Virus record (IMG/VR): IMGVR_UViG_3300049138_000182
Coordinates: 6,113 to 70,112 of that record
From: a virus
Length of the DNA: 64,000 bases
Direction: 5' to 3' (one strand)
The notes beneath the pieces were generated by a model. The model was not told the DNA's origin. It searched no databases and saw nothing but the letters and a program-made list of their open reading frames with translations. This document shows, one piece after another, positions 1 through 9,917 of this stretch. The position numbers and the translations under genes are program-made. How positions within the stretch are numbered: position 1 is the first letter of the stretch; each line of letters starts with the position of its first letter.

Positions 1-531
1 CCCGGTCACGGGCCCTTTCTCGGCTCCCTGAATCAGCAGGTCGCCGCACGTGGCTGGGATGACCTCAAGCGGAACGTGCCCTATGTCAGGCAACTGCTGC
101 AGGACACGGGCATGGCCGCGCGTGACGTCCTGGGCGAGGACGTGTGGATCAAGCCGGTGATCCGCCAGGCCAAGGCGCGCGGCCCTGTGGTCATCAGCGA
201 TCTGCGGCTGCCCAACGAGCTCGACGCCCTGCGTGGCTCGCTGTTCGACTCGGTGATCGTCCTGCGTTTGACCCGCTCAGGCATCGGGCCAGCCAACGGT
301 CACATCACCGAGACGCCGTTACCCCACGACATCGAGGTCAACCTGGACAGTGTCGGTCTGGCGGACCTGGACGAGGCGATCGGCCATCTGATGGACCTGA
401 TCGTTCCCATCCAGTACGGGGTACACCGGCATCTGCGCCGGCAACTCGTCGAGCACTACCGCGACACGACCTCGGTCCCGCTGCATCTGTCCGATCAGTT
501 CCTGGACGCCTTCGACGAGGCCAGGTCTTGA
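1..531 (+). CDS. deoxynucleoside monophosphate kinase-like protein, 5'-truncated by window edge
   Basis: Frame is open from base 1; VRQLLQDTG...R...GEDVWI and VVISDLRLPNE match the phage dNMP kinase pattern (R.LLQ..G, DvRfpNE). Confidence 0.75.
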   Translation, partial: PGHGPFLGSLNQQVAARGWDDLKRNVPYVRQLLQDTGMAARDVLGEDVWIKPVIRQAKARGPVVISDLRLPNELDALRGSLFDSVIVLRLTRSGIGPANGHITETPLPHDIEVNLDSVGLADLDEAIGHLMDLIVPIQYGVHRHLRRQLVEHYRDTTSVPLHLSDQFLDAFDEARS

Positions 532-532
532 C

Positions 533-1141
533 TTGATCGGCTGGTACGTCGGCATCGACCAGAGTTTCGGCGGCTTCGCCGTGGCGGCCTACGCGCCCAC
601 ACAGTCGCAGCCGAGGCTGTTTCGTAAGTCATTCCCCGCCGCCACGTACGGCGGCGGGGTCGACCGCACGATGCACGTGGGCTCATGGCTCACCATCGTG
701 CTGCGCGACATCGGCATCGACGCGGTCACCCACGTGGCCATGGAAGGCTACGCCCGCGGTGCGAAATTCCGGCGCGAGGAAGCCGGCGAACTCTCCTACG
801 AGGTGCGCCGCACACTGCATCACCACCTGCGCTACAGCAACATCGGCTACCCGACGATCGTGGCGCCGACGCAGCGCGCCAAGTACGCCACCGGCCACGG
901 CGGAGCCGACAAGCAGAAGGTCATGGCCGCGATCGAGCAGCGCTGGCGAGTGAAGATCACCAACGACAACGAGGCCGACGCCTACGTCCTGGCACGCATC
1001 GCCAAGGACGTCCACGTCGGCAATCGGGGAATCCGGCGCGTGCGGTACGAGCAGGAGGTCCTCGACGAGCTCACCCCGCACACGCAGCGACTCAAGGACG
1101 GCCAGAAGATCTACTCTTACCCCTACATGACCGTCAATTGA
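533..1141 (+). CDS. RuvC-like Holliday junction resolvase
   Basis: VGIDQSF, AMEGY, K-YATGHGGADK and DNEADA fit the RuvC acidic catalytic pattern. Confidence 0.8.
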   Translation: MIGWYVGIDQSFGGFAVAAYAPTQSQPRLFRKSFPAATYGGGVDRTMHVGSWLTIVLRDIGIDAVTHVAMEGYARGAKFRREEAGELSYEVRRTLHHHLRYSNIGYPTIVAPTQRAKYATGHGGADKQKVMAAIEQRWRVKITNDNEADAYVLARIAKDVHVGNRGIRRVRYEQEVLDELTPHTQRLKDGQKIYSYPYMTVN

Positions 1142-1152
1142 GGGAGCACAGC

Positions 1153-1539
1153 ATGGAGAACTCCGGCTGCAGATTCTGCGGCATCGTCGACGCGGGCGAG
1201 CGCGAGTTACGCCCGTTCCGGTCCGTCGCCGCGTTCCCGGACGCCTACCCCGTGTCCGAGGGGCACTTCCTCATCGTCCCGGTCAGGCATGTCGACGACT
1301 TCTTCGGCATGACCGAGAAAGAAGTCCTCGACACCCGCACCGCCCTGCACGACCTTCGCACACACCTGCTGAACCGGCATCCGTCCATCACCGGCTTCAA
1401 CATCGGAGCGAACTGCGGCACCACCGCCGGCCAGACCGTCCCGCACGCGCACATCCACCTGATCCCCCGCCGCGTCGGTGACGTTCCCGAGCCGCGCGGA
1501 GGAATTCGCGGCGTCATCCCGGATAAACGCGACTACTGA
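1153..1539 (+). CDS. HIT family hydrolase
   Basis: N-terminal CxxC, YPVSEGHFLIVP, AGQTVPHAHIHLIPR histidine triad; GGGAG RBS before ATG 1153. Confidence 0.9.
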   Translation: MENSGCRFCGIVDAGERELRPFRSVAAFPDAYPVSEGHFLIVPVRHVDDFFGMTEKEVLDTRTALHDLRTHLLNRHPSITGFNIGANCGTTAGQTVPHAHIHLIPRRVGDVPEPRGGIRGVIPDKRDY

Positions 1540-1623
1540 CCCGCATGCTAAAGACTTAATGCGTTTCCCCTAATCTGAAAAAACCGGCCCACATACGGAT
1601 CTGGAATAGATTAGGGAAACGCA

Positions 1624-1905
1624 TTGGTAACTGAAGACAACGCGACGATCCTCAAGGTGAGCGCTGGAGGCGACGCCAATCGTCTGGCCGCCGCCATCTC
1701 CCATGCCATCTACGACGGCAAAGACGTGACTTTGCGTGCCATCGGCGCCGCAGCCGTCAATCAGGGCATCAAGGCCATCGCCGTCGCCCGAGGATACGTC
1801 GCCTCCCGAGGCCACTCCCTTTCCGTCGTACCTGGATTCACCTCCATCACCATGCCGGAAGGCGAAGTCGTCACCGGCCTCCTCCTGCGCGTCGTGGTCG
1901 AATGA
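1624..1905 (+). CDS. spoVS: SpoVS-family (Alba-fold) protein
   Basis: LKVSA...AAAI...AIGAAAVNQGIKAIAVARGYV...PGF is the SpoVS signature. Confidence 0.85.
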   Translation: MVTEDNATILKVSAGGDANRLAAAISHAIYDGKDVTLRAIGAAAVNQGIKAIAVARGYVASRGHSLSVVPGFTSITMPEGEVVTGLLLRVVVE

Positions 1906-1958
1906 GTCGTTGAAACGAATCCGTCGCGGGCGAATAAACTGATATCAGACATCAGTTA

Positions 1959-2288
1959 TTGAAGGAGATCGTCGTGGACCCGGTGAGCACCAATTTCCCC
2001 AAGATGGGAAAGGTCAACGCTCAGGCGCGCAACGTCTCGGCGACGGCCACAGGAAAGGCCGCCAGTGTGCCTCGCGGTCACGGCGGAGTCGGCGGAGCCC
2101 TGGAATCGGTGCTCGCGCCGTCGCGCCGGCACACCGCTGAGCGCCTGGGATCGGTCGGCGTGCCGCAGACCGGTTTCGCGCCGCAGACCGACCCCTACGC
2201 CGGCGCCACCCTGCGCAACACCCGGATGCTGCCGGGCGTCATGCGCTACGAAGCTTTCGGCGACTACTCCAAGGACCAGTGGACGTAA
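1959..2288 (+). CDS. hypothetical phage protein (true start probably GTG ~1974)
   Basis: ORF with AAGGAG RBS and high GC3. Confidence 0.55.
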   Translation: MKEIVVDPVSTNFPKMGKVNAQARNVSATATGKAASVPRGHGGVGGALESVLAPSRRHTAERLGSVGVPQTGFAPQTDPYAGATLRNTRMLPGVMRYEAFGDYSKDQWT

Positions 2289-2511
2289 GGTGCCAGTGCC
2301 CCTCATCTTGGGCGCTGTCGCCCGCATGGCAGGCGGAGCCCTGGCGCGCGGAGCGGCCTCGCGCGTCGGAGCGTCCGCGGGTGTCGAGGCGGCGGCCGGT
2401 CGCATCGGCCAGTTCGTCGGCGGCGCGACCTTCAACACCGCAGCTCAGCGCGCAGCCGACCGCGAAGCCGAGCAGACGGCTAACCCCCCGGACGACGACA
2501 GGCGGTAGACA

Positions 2512-3021
2512 GTGTCGTCGAATGCCTGGCAGTACCTGCCCCCGGTCGACCAGCCGGGCAGCTTCACCACGGGCGGCGGTGGCACCAGCCCGCACCGTGA
2601 CACCCTAGACGCGCGCAGACAGGGCCGAGCAGCGCCCTTCACCCCCGACGCCCAATACCCTGACGGCTACCTCGGCACGATCCAGTCCAGGCGCGAAGAC
2701 CGACTGCTGGACCATCTGAAAGTCCAACTCACCAAGCGTCCCTACACCAATCGGGGCGTGCACAAGGCTGACCGGATCGATCCCGGCGACTACGTGTGGC
2801 CCGAGTGGTTCAACCCGCAGATCGGCCTCAAGCTGGTCGCGCAGCAAAAGCGCTTCACCCCTCTCGGTAATCCCGTCGAGGTTCTCGCGCATGCGGGCAA
2901 GAACGCCATCCGCTCACCGGCCGAACTCGACCGCATAGCCAAGGAATACGGCTACCAGGGCGCGTCCCCCTCGCAGTACACCGCCAACCGACTCCAGCAC
3001 CTCGGACCGTCCTGGCGCTGA
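2512..3021 (+). CDS. hypothetical phage protein
   Basis: Co-oriented ORF with GC3-biased codons. Confidence 0.65.
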   Translation: MSSNAWQYLPPVDQPGSFTTGGGGTSPHRDTLDARRQGRAAPFTPDAQYPDGYLGTIQSRREDRLLDHLKVQLTKRPYTNRGVHKADRIDPGDYVWPEWFNPQIGLKLVAQQKRFTPLGNPVEVLAHAGKNAIRSPAELDRIAKEYGYQGASPSQYTANRLQHLGPSWR

Positions 3022-3087
3022 CGCATTACAAACACTTCCGCTGCTCTCAATACCATTGAGAGCAGCGTTTTCTCTTGTGGAGGAACA

Positions 3088-3258
3088 ATGGCTTACGCCG
3101 AAAACCGCAGCCGCACTGGCGAACTGGGCAAGGGTATGCGCGATGGCAGCACCTACTCCGACACCCCCAACCGAGGTGGCGCTGCCCTTTCGGCCCCCAC
3201 CGCCCAGTCGATCCGCGTGGAGTACGCCAAGCGGATCTACCGCGCCAATAACTGCTAA
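3088..3258 (+). CDS. small hypothetical protein (56 aa, MAYAENRSRT...)
   Basis: GGAGG RBS, ATG 3088, TAA 3256-3258; too short for the ORF track. Confidence 0.55.
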   Translation: MAYAENRSRTGELGKGMRDGSTYSDTPNRGGAALSAPTAQSIRVEYAKRIYRANNC

Positions 3259-3401
3259 GGACTCACGTTGAACCCCGACCCGATGCCCACCACGCCGGCG
3301 AACGGAGCCGCGCTCACCGAATTCGACCGCGATCCCGACCTGTGCCCCGACGTCGTCGAACGTGAACTCCCCGAGGCACCGTTCGAAGGGCTGCCCGAAT
3401 A

Positions 3402-4220
3402 ATGGCGCAGATCACCGCCGCCGAAATGGTCGCCGTCGCCAAGGAACAGGTCGGCTATATCGAGCCGGCGCACGGCCGGACCAAATTCGGCACCTGGTAC
3501 GGCGACGAGGTCAACAGCCGCACCTATGACGCCGCCGCCTGGTGCGACATGTTCGTGTGCTGGTGCGCGAGTCTGGCCGGCTGGCGCAAGGGCGGCAAGC
3601 AGGGCAAGGCCAACGCGATCAAGCAGGTCGGTGGCCTGTACGCCTACACCCCCAGCCACGCCGGCCATTTCGCGCAGCGCAGCCGCTTCAACAACGTCCC
3701 CTATGTCGGCTCGCTGGTGTTCTTCGACTGGGCCGGCAGCAAGCGCCTGAACGCCATCGATCACATCGGCCTGGTCATCGGCACCACCGACCGGGAGATC
3801 GTCACCATCGAGGGCAACACTCTGCAGGGCTCCCGGCCTGGCGTGCACAAGCGCTACCGCAACCGCTCCACCATCGCCGGCTTCGCCCACCCCTACTACG
3901 TCAAGGCCGGCACCTCCGCGGCGAGTGTCGCCAACCCCGCGCCCAAGGGCAAGATCCCGAAGTGGCCCCTGTCGAGCGGCCACTACTTCGGCACCCGCAA
4001 CGGCTCCGGCTCCCACAACGGGTCCACGGCCTCTGACGTGCCCAAGGTCAAGCAGCTCCAGGAGCGGCTCAACGCCTTCGGCTACAAGCTCACCATCGAC
4101 GGCGAGTACGGCGCCAAGACCGCCGCCGCCGTCAAGGATTTCCAGCGTGACGCCCACCTGGCGGTCGACGGCCTGGCCGGCGCCGACACCTGGACCGCTC
4201 TTTGGACCACCACCCCGTAA
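3402..4220 (+). CDS. endolysin: CHAP amidase plus PG_binding_1 domain
   Basis: AWCDMFVCW (catalytic Cys), DHIGLV (His), TIEGNT; C-terminal LQERLN..GY...DGEYG..T..AVKDFQ...L.VDG.AG..TW. Confidence 0.9.
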   Translation: MAQITAAEMVAVAKEQVGYIEPAHGRTKFGTWYGDEVNSRTYDAAAWCDMFVCWCASLAGWRKGGKQGKANAIKQVGGLYAYTPSHAGHFAQRSRFNNVPYVGSLVFFDWAGSKRLNAIDHIGLVIGTTDREIVTIEGNTLQGSRPGVHKRYRNRSTIAGFAHPYYVKAGTSAASVANPAPKGKIPKWPLSSGHYFGTRNGSGSHNGSTASDVPKVKQLQERLNAFGYKLTIDGEYGAKTAAAVKDFQRDAHLAVDGLAGADTWTALWTTTP

Positions 4221-4238
4221 GGACTCACTCCCGCACTC

Positions 4239-4769
4239 ATGGCCACCACCACCAAAATCCGACTGCTGTTCTGCGAGACCTGCGCCTCCGTCGACGAACT
4301 ACCCGACTACTCCGGCCCCGTCGAGCGTGACGACACCCTCAACTATCTGGTCGCCAACAAGCACACCTGGCCGTCCGGCACTCCGCATGTAGGCGGCCAT
4401 CTCGCCGACGTCGCCAAGACCGAGTGGGATACGCCAAGCTACCGCACCAAGATCATCGAAAAGATGAACGAGGCGATCAAGAACAAGGGCAGCGACGGCC
4501 TCGGTAACACGTTCTACGAGACGCGCGACACCTTCGCCGACGACGCCATGTCCTGCTGGAAGAGCCACAACAGAACCACCGACTGCAGTGACTATCGTCA
4601 CAAGTCCAAGGCGCTCATCCCCGACACCAAGGACCTGCGCAAGGAAATCGGCCTGTCCACTCGCGCGGCCGACATGCCCAAGACCTTCATCTGCGACTTC
4701 TGCCCGGCCAAGAGCTCGATCGAGCAGCGCAAGAACGCCAGCGCCGGATATTACGACTTCAAGAACTGA
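4239..4769 (+). CDS. hypothetical Cys-rich (Zn-binding?) phage protein
   Basis: CETC, CWKSH...C and CDFC motifs. Confidence 0.7.
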   Translation: MATTTKIRLLFCETCASVDELPDYSGPVERDDTLNYLVANKHTWPSGTPHVGGHLADVAKTEWDTPSYRTKIIEKMNEAIKNKGSDGLGNTFYETRDTFADDAMSCWKSHNRTTDCSDYRHKSKALIPDTKDLRKEIGLSTRAADMPKTFICDFCPAKSSIEQRKNASAGYYDFKN

Positions 4770-4788
4770 ACCCCACTCGGAGCACCAT

Positions 4789-5121
4789 TTGTTTTTCGTC
4801 ACGAAAAAGCGCTACCGACACACACTCTCTGAGCTGGTCCAGGCGAATTCGCGGCAGCGCCAGGCAGACAAGAAGATCGAAACCCTCACCAAAGAGCGCG
4901 ACGACTACCGTGCCCACGCCGAAGCCCTCGCGTCGTCCCCGCGTATCAAAGCCGACACCGAGTCGGCCTTCAAGCGCGGCGAGCAACACGCCCTGGGCAA
5001 GGTCAAGTACTGGCTCGTCGCCCAGTTCATCGACCACATGTCACGCGTCGAAGTCCCAGGTCTAGCCGCCGACGTCACCCCCAAAGTCAAGATCAACCCC
5101 GGACTCCTACCGAGAGATTAA
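4789..5121 (+). CDS. hypothetical coiled-coil protein (start approximate)
   Basis: 3' part of ORF 4588-5121 following a GGAG RBS. Confidence 0.5.
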   Translation: MFFVTKKRYRHTLSELVQANSRQRQADKKIETLTKERDDYRAHAEALASSPRIKADTESAFKRGEQHALGKVKYWLVAQFIDHMSRVEVPGLAADVTPKVKINPGLLPRD

Positions 5122-5463
5122 ATGAACACCTCGAACGTCCCGCTTCTCGGCCAGGACCAGCCAGACACTGAGCAACAGCCGAACATCCCACCGCTGACCA
5201 CCGCATTCGTCGTATTCACCGACGCAGCCGGCCGAGTCGGCTTCAGCGCGGACGCCGAGCTGCTCGCCGACAGCATCACCATCTCCCGACTCGCCTCCCC
5301 CGACGACATGTACGGCGGCTGCGCGAGCGTCATGCGCCAGATCGCCACACAATTCACGGCCCTGGAAACACATTCCTTCGTGATGAGTCAGGCCCGCGCC
5401 GCCGCCGAGGCAGCCCAAAACGCGAAAATCGGCAAGATGGTGGCCAACAGCCGCGTCCGTTGA
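5122..5463 (+). CDS. hypothetical protein
   Basis: ORF abutting the previous stop codon. Confidence 0.6.
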   Translation: MNTSNVPLLGQDQPDTEQQPNIPPLTTAFVVFTDAAGRVGFSADAELLADSITISRLASPDDMYGGCASVMRQIATQFTALETHSFVMSQARAAAEAAQNAKIGKMVANSRVR

Positions 5464-5642
5464 GTAGACTCCTGTCACAAGCGTCGGCGACCAGGTTCTA
5501 TCGGTACACGCCGAAGTCTGACCCCTGACGCATCGTCGAAGGCCCCCGTGCAAACAACCATCCGATGTTGTTTCATCGCCTACGGGGGCCTTCGGTATGT
5601 CCAAAATGAAATAGGATAAACAGCGGCCGATATCCTGTATAT

Positions 5643-6602
5643 ATGCCGGATAACAGCCAGAATTTCTTTCTCCGCAAGGCGATAATCGCCCCCGGAGAAT
5701 CCGGCTACTTCTCAGAGCCCAGCCAGACGCTCGATCCCCACCTGTTCACCGGCGACCGGCTCAAGCCCGAAGTCCGGCTCTGGCTCCTGCAGACCCTCCA
5801 CACCTACCTGGACTCCCGCTGGCACCAAGCCGCCTCCTGGGCCAACGCCTGGCTCGCCGGCAGCGGCATCTCCCACCAATGGGCAGGAGCCCGCGGCAAC
5901 GGCGACCTCGACGTCCTGCTCGGCGTCGACTGGCCACGTTTTCGCCAACTCAACCCCGGCTACGAGGGCCTGGCCGACCGCGAACTCGCCACCCTGATCA
6001 ACAACCAGATGAAGACCGAACTCTGGCCCCGCACCGCCCTGACCCGATTCGGGAACCAGAGCTACGAAGTCACCTTCTTCATCAACCTCAACAGCTCCGA
6101 CATCCGCAACATCCAGCCCTACGCCGCCTACAACCTGCCCACCGACACCTGGACGGTACGCCCGCCCAAGCTGCCCCAACGGCCGGCCTCGATGTACCCC
6201 GCCGCCTGGAAGCAACGCATCACCTCCGACCTGCGCCTCGCCACCCAGATCATCGACCGCTACAACCGGGCCGTCGACCAAGCCGGCGCAGCCGCACCCA
6301 ACACAGGCGCGTGGACCAACGCCATGGCCATGTCCCGCCTCGCCGCCGACCAGGCCACCGCCCTGTACGACGACATCCACCTCGGCCGGCGCGCTGCCTT
6401 TGGCGAGATGGGTGACGGATATGCCGACTGGCACAACTACCGCTGGCAATCCCTCAAAGCCAACGGCGTCGTCAACGCGCTCCGCGACCTGGCCCAAAAC
6501 CGCAGCCGCGAACTCCTCCGCGTTCAGACCCGCCTGTACGGCCGACCGCTGACCACACCCGAACAGTCACTTATCTCGGCCCTCACCTGGAGAAACACAT
6601 GA
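5643..6602 (+). CDS. Pol-beta superfamily nucleotidyltransferase
   Basis: LAGSGIS...GDLDVLL (GS...DxD) motif; TATCCT -10-like box just upstream suggests a leaderless transcript. Confidence 0.7.
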   Translation: MPDNSQNFFLRKAIIAPGESGYFSEPSQTLDPHLFTGDRLKPEVRLWLLQTLHTYLDSRWHQAASWANAWLAGSGISHQWAGARGNGDLDVLLGVDWPRFRQLNPGYEGLADRELATLINNQMKTELWPRTALTRFGNQSYEVTFFINLNSSDIRNIQPYAAYNLPTDTWTVRPPKLPQRPASMYPAAWKQRITSDLRLATQIIDRYNRAVDQAGAAAPNTGAWTNAMAMSRLAADQATALYDDIHLGRRAAFGEMGDGYADWHNYRWQSLKANGVVNALRDLAQNRSRELLRVQTRLYGRPLTTPEQSLISALTWRNT

Positions 6603-7063
6603 GACACGCAGCGATGGCCATCGACGGCATCCTCCGCGACCCCGTCACCGACCAGCCAGAAGAGCACGGGCGGGCCATGTACCACGCCCTGGCCAACAAC
6701 TACCGCATCACCCTGCTCGCCGACGAGACCGATCCCGAGGCCATCGCCGCATGGCTCCATGTTGAAGGCTTCGTCCGCCACACCAAACTCCTGCCCTCCT
6801 CCCCGATCGCCAAAGAGGAACAGCTCATCCTCCGCCTGGCCCAGATCCGCTACCTGCGTGGCGTCGGCGCCGTCGACCTGGTCATCGACTCCAGCCCAGC
6901 GCTCGTCGACGACCTGTACTCCATGGGCCAGCCCTACCTGCTCTACATCAACCCCAAGACGCTGGCCGAACTGCCACCCCTCGAAACGTGGCAACGCCTC
7001 GCCGAACGCATCGACGAAACCCGCGCCCGAGCCGCCCAAGCCCTACAGCACGAGGACCCATGA
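6599..7063 (+). CDS. HAD-like fold protein (degenerate motif I)
   Basis: AMAIDGIL N-terminus and LVIDSSP; ATGA overlap with the nucleotidyltransferase. Confidence 0.5.
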   Translation: MRHAAMAIDGILRDPVTDQPEEHGRAMYHALANNYRITLLADETDPEAIAAWLHVEGFVRHTKLLPSSPIAKEEQLILRLAQIRYLRGVGAVDLVIDSSPALVDDLYSMGQPYLLYINPKTLAELPPLETWQRLAERIDETRARAAQALQHEDP

Positions 7064-8361
7064 ACTACAACAACATCTCCGCGCTCACCAAGGGTGGTCG
7101 CTCCTACGGCTTCTTCGACTCACTCAAGCCGAAGAACGGCGGCGGCTTGGACCCCAAGGAGCACGACCGCAGACTCCAGCTCCGTGAAGAGGCCTACGAG
7201 ATGCGCCGGCAGCGCGGCCAGGCACGCAATGCCCAGGACCGCCAGGCGGCCAGCGACCAGGCCTTCCAGGATCGGCGCCGCGAAGCATCCGTCAAGATCG
7301 GTGAGGACATCGCCCGCTTGCAGGCCCTGCATCCCGTCAAGCTGCAGTTGGACCGCGCCACTCACGCTCAGGAGTTGGTCAAGAAGGCCGACTTCCACCA
7401 GCAGGCCCTGGGCTTTGAAGGCGACCGAGCCTCTGTGCGCCTGGACGCCACCAAGGCCACCGACGCCCACAAGCTGCAGCACGAGGTCCGGCGCGTCCGC
7501 ACCATGCACGGCGTCAAGTCTCAACTGACCGACGACACCCACATCCAGCGCCTGGGTCATCGCGCCGACACCCAGCGCCAGGACCTCACCCACCGAGACC
7601 AGGCACACTCTCAGCGGCTCACCCAGTTCGAGGACCAGGTCGCCGCGGGCATTCGCCGGCGCATCGGCCCGTCGAACAGCGTCAAGACCCCCAAGACGGC
7701 GGCTCCGATCGCGCCGACCGCCGCCCAGCCGTCAGCCGCGCCGGCTGCCTCCCCTGCGACCATGCCGCACCCGTCCCCTCGCGTGCAGCCTCGCCGTAAG
7801 GCATCCCAGCCCGGCCCGGCCAAGCAGTCAGGCCCGGCTGCCCAGCCGTCAGCCCCCGCAGCCCAGCCCAGCCAGCAGACACCGGCCGCCCCGACGGTCA
7901 AGAGGCCGAGCCCAGAAAGTTCCCCGGAACCAGCGTCTCGGCCGGCGAGCCAGGCATCCGCCCCTGGCGACGGCCCGCACGCTCCCGAGCCACCCGCCAG
8001 CGCAGCCCGCAGCCGTAAGGCCCGCTCCAGCTTCGACACCAGACCCGACACCAAGGCGGCGCCGACGCCTCCCACAGCCGAGTCAGCCCAGCCGATCCGC
8101 ACCCGAAAGAAGCGAGCCTCGACCTCGGCACCGTCGAACGCCACACCGTCGAGCACGCCCGCGGCATCCATGCGTCTGCCCCAGGCCAGCACCTCCATCA
8201 AGCTGCCCGGCAGCGAGATGCACGAGCACGTCTCCGGCAGGTTCTCCTGGGACAAGCGCACCGTCCGCGACAAGCTCAAGACCCAACTCCCCGGCGAGCG
8301 GGTCGAGACTCGTGACGAGAGCTCCGCCCGCATCAAGCGCCGGCAGGCCCTCAAGCCCTGA
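7060..8361 (+). CDS. hypothetical protein: helical N-half, P/A/S/Q low-complexity C-half
   Basis: Stop/start overlaps at both ends; AAQPSA repeats. Confidence 0.65.
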   Translation: MNYNNISALTKGGRSYGFFDSLKPKNGGGLDPKEHDRRLQLREEAYEMRRQRGQARNAQDRQAASDQAFQDRRREASVKIGEDIARLQALHPVKLQLDRATHAQELVKKADFHQQALGFEGDRASVRLDATKATDAHKLQHEVRRVRTMHGVKSQLTDDTHIQRLGHRADTQRQDLTHRDQAHSQRLTQFEDQVAAGIRRRIGPSNSVKTPKTAAPIAPTAAQPSAAPAASPATMPHPSPRVQPRRKASQPGPAKQSGPAAQPSAPAAQPSQQTPAAPTVKRPSPESSPEPASRPASQASAPGDGPHAPEPPASAARSRKARSSFDTRPDTKAAPTPPTAESAQPIRTRKKRASTSAPSNATPSSTPAASMRLPQASTSIKLPGSEMHEHVSGRFSWDKRTVRDKLKTQLPGERVETRDESSARIKRRQALKP

Positions 8362-9854
8362 TGCTCACCTGGTACCCCACCGGAGCCGAAATTCCGGGCT
8401 GGCGCAAGCTCCTGCACGAAAACGGCGTGCGCCACATGGCCCTGTCCTACATCGGCCTCACCCGCCGCATCAAGGACACCGCCGCGTGGCGCATCGCCGG
8501 TAAATTCCCGGCCGACGTCGCCGTCCTCCTGGAATCCGGCGCCTTCACGATCAACAAGTCCCCCGACGACTACGACATCCAAGCCGTCTTCGAGAGCTAC
8601 CTGACCTTCGCCGAAGCCAACGCCGACAGCGTCGCCCTGATCACCGACTTCGACATCGACACCTGGTCCGCAGACCAGCGAGACAAGGTCCGTGTCGCTC
8701 TCGACGAGGTATCCGTAGGAAAATTCCTACCCATCTGGCATCCCAACGAAGGCATCACCGGACTCCAGGACCTCGCCGCCACCTACCACCGCATCGGCGT
8801 ACCCCAGACCGCCCTCGGCGGACGAGACCTCACCCCCCTCCTGACACGCCTCGCCAGAGACGGCGTCCACCTCCACGGCGTAGCCATGACCCAGATGGAC
8901 GCCATGCGCTCCATCCCCTGGACCTCCGTCGCCTCCTCCTCCTGGCTCAGCCCGGCCCAGTACGGCGACACCATCGTCTGGACCGGCCGCGAGCTAAAAC
9001 GCTATCCGCGCCGCTACAAGGACCAAGCTCGCAAGCGCCACCGCACCGTATTCCACCGCGCCGGCTTCGACTCCGAGGCCATCGAAGCCGGCGACTCGAC
9101 CGAGCTACTCAAGCTCTCCATCTGGAGCTGGACCCAGTACGTGAACCACATCAACGGCGGTGTAGTTAATCAACCCCCAGAAACGGATCCCGGCACAAAC
9201 ACGGAACCCGACCACCTGACAGTTGATCAACCCCCAACCGAAAAGCGGAACTCAGAACCACGCCAGCCCCGCGACAACCGACCCCCCACACGCCGCGACA
9301 AGGCCACCCTCCCCGGTGCACGCATCGTCACCAAGACCGTCAAAGAGCTCGACGACGACGGCGTCCGCCGCGAACGCAACATCCCCCTCCTCAGCACCAA
9401 CGGACAGACCAACCGCGTCTGCGACTCCTGTTTCTTGGCCGGCAAATGCCCCCAGTACGACCCCGGAGCCGAATGCGCCTACGACCTGCCGGTAGAGGCC
9501 CGCACCCGCGACCAACTCGCCCGCCTCTACGAAGCGATCATCGAAATGCAAGTTCAGAGGCTGTTTTTCGCCAGGTTCAGCGAGGAAATCGAAGGCGGAT
9601 ACCCAGACCCCAACGTCGGCACCGAGCTCGACCGGCTCCAGAAGATGCTCAAGGCCAAGCAGGAGATGGACGCCGAGGGATTCACGCTCACCGTCAAGGC
9701 CCAGTCCCGCAACACGGCCGAGAGCGGCATGTTCTCACGCATCTTCGGCGACTCAGCCAGCCAAGCAGCCCGAGCCATAGACCCCGTCCCGGCCGAGGAC
9801 GTAGCCGCCCAACTCGGCATCGTCGAAGCAGAGATCGTCGAGACGTCGAGTTAA
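8361..9854 (+). CDS. TGT/DpdA-like TIM-barrel protein fused to a Cys-cluster C-terminal domain
   Basis: LLESGAFT, FDI, PIWH, HLHGVAMT, PWTSVASSSW resemble phage queuine tRNA-ribosyltransferase-like motifs; CDSCFLAGKC...C. Confidence 0.55.
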   Translation: MLTWYPTGAEIPGWRKLLHENGVRHMALSYIGLTRRIKDTAAWRIAGKFPADVAVLLESGAFTINKSPDDYDIQAVFESYLTFAEANADSVALITDFDIDTWSADQRDKVRVALDEVSVGKFLPIWHPNEGITGLQDLAATYHRIGVPQTALGGRDLTPLLTRLARDGVHLHGVAMTQMDAMRSIPWTSVASSSWLSPAQYGDTIVWTGRELKRYPRRYKDQARKRHRTVFHRAGFDSEAIEAGDSTELLKLSIWSWTQYVNHINGGVVNQPPETDPGTNTEPDHLTVDQPPTEKRNSEPRQPRDNRPPTRRDKATLPGARIVTKTVKELDDDGVRRERNIPLLSTNGQTNRVCDSCFLAGKCPQYDPGAECAYDLPVEARTRDQLARLYEAIIEMQVQRLFFARFSEEIEGGYPDPNVGTELDRLQKMLKAKQEMDAEGFTLTVKAQSRNTAESGMFSRIFGDSASQAARAIDPVPAEDVAAQLGIVEAEIVETSS

Positions 9855-9874
9855 TCAACATCCCCCAGACACGC

Positions 9875-9917
9875 AAAAAAGACCCCTCTCCCGGAAATCC
9901 GGGAGAGGGGTCCTTCT
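9875..9917. terminator. bidirectional intrinsic terminator
   Basis: AAAAAA-GACCCCTCTCCCGG-AAAT-CCGGGAGAGGGGTC between convergent genes. Confidence 0.8.

Noticed and set aside
685-1152. N-terminal extension of the HIT ORF
   Set aside because: Overlaps RuvC in another frame; the RBS supports ATG 1153
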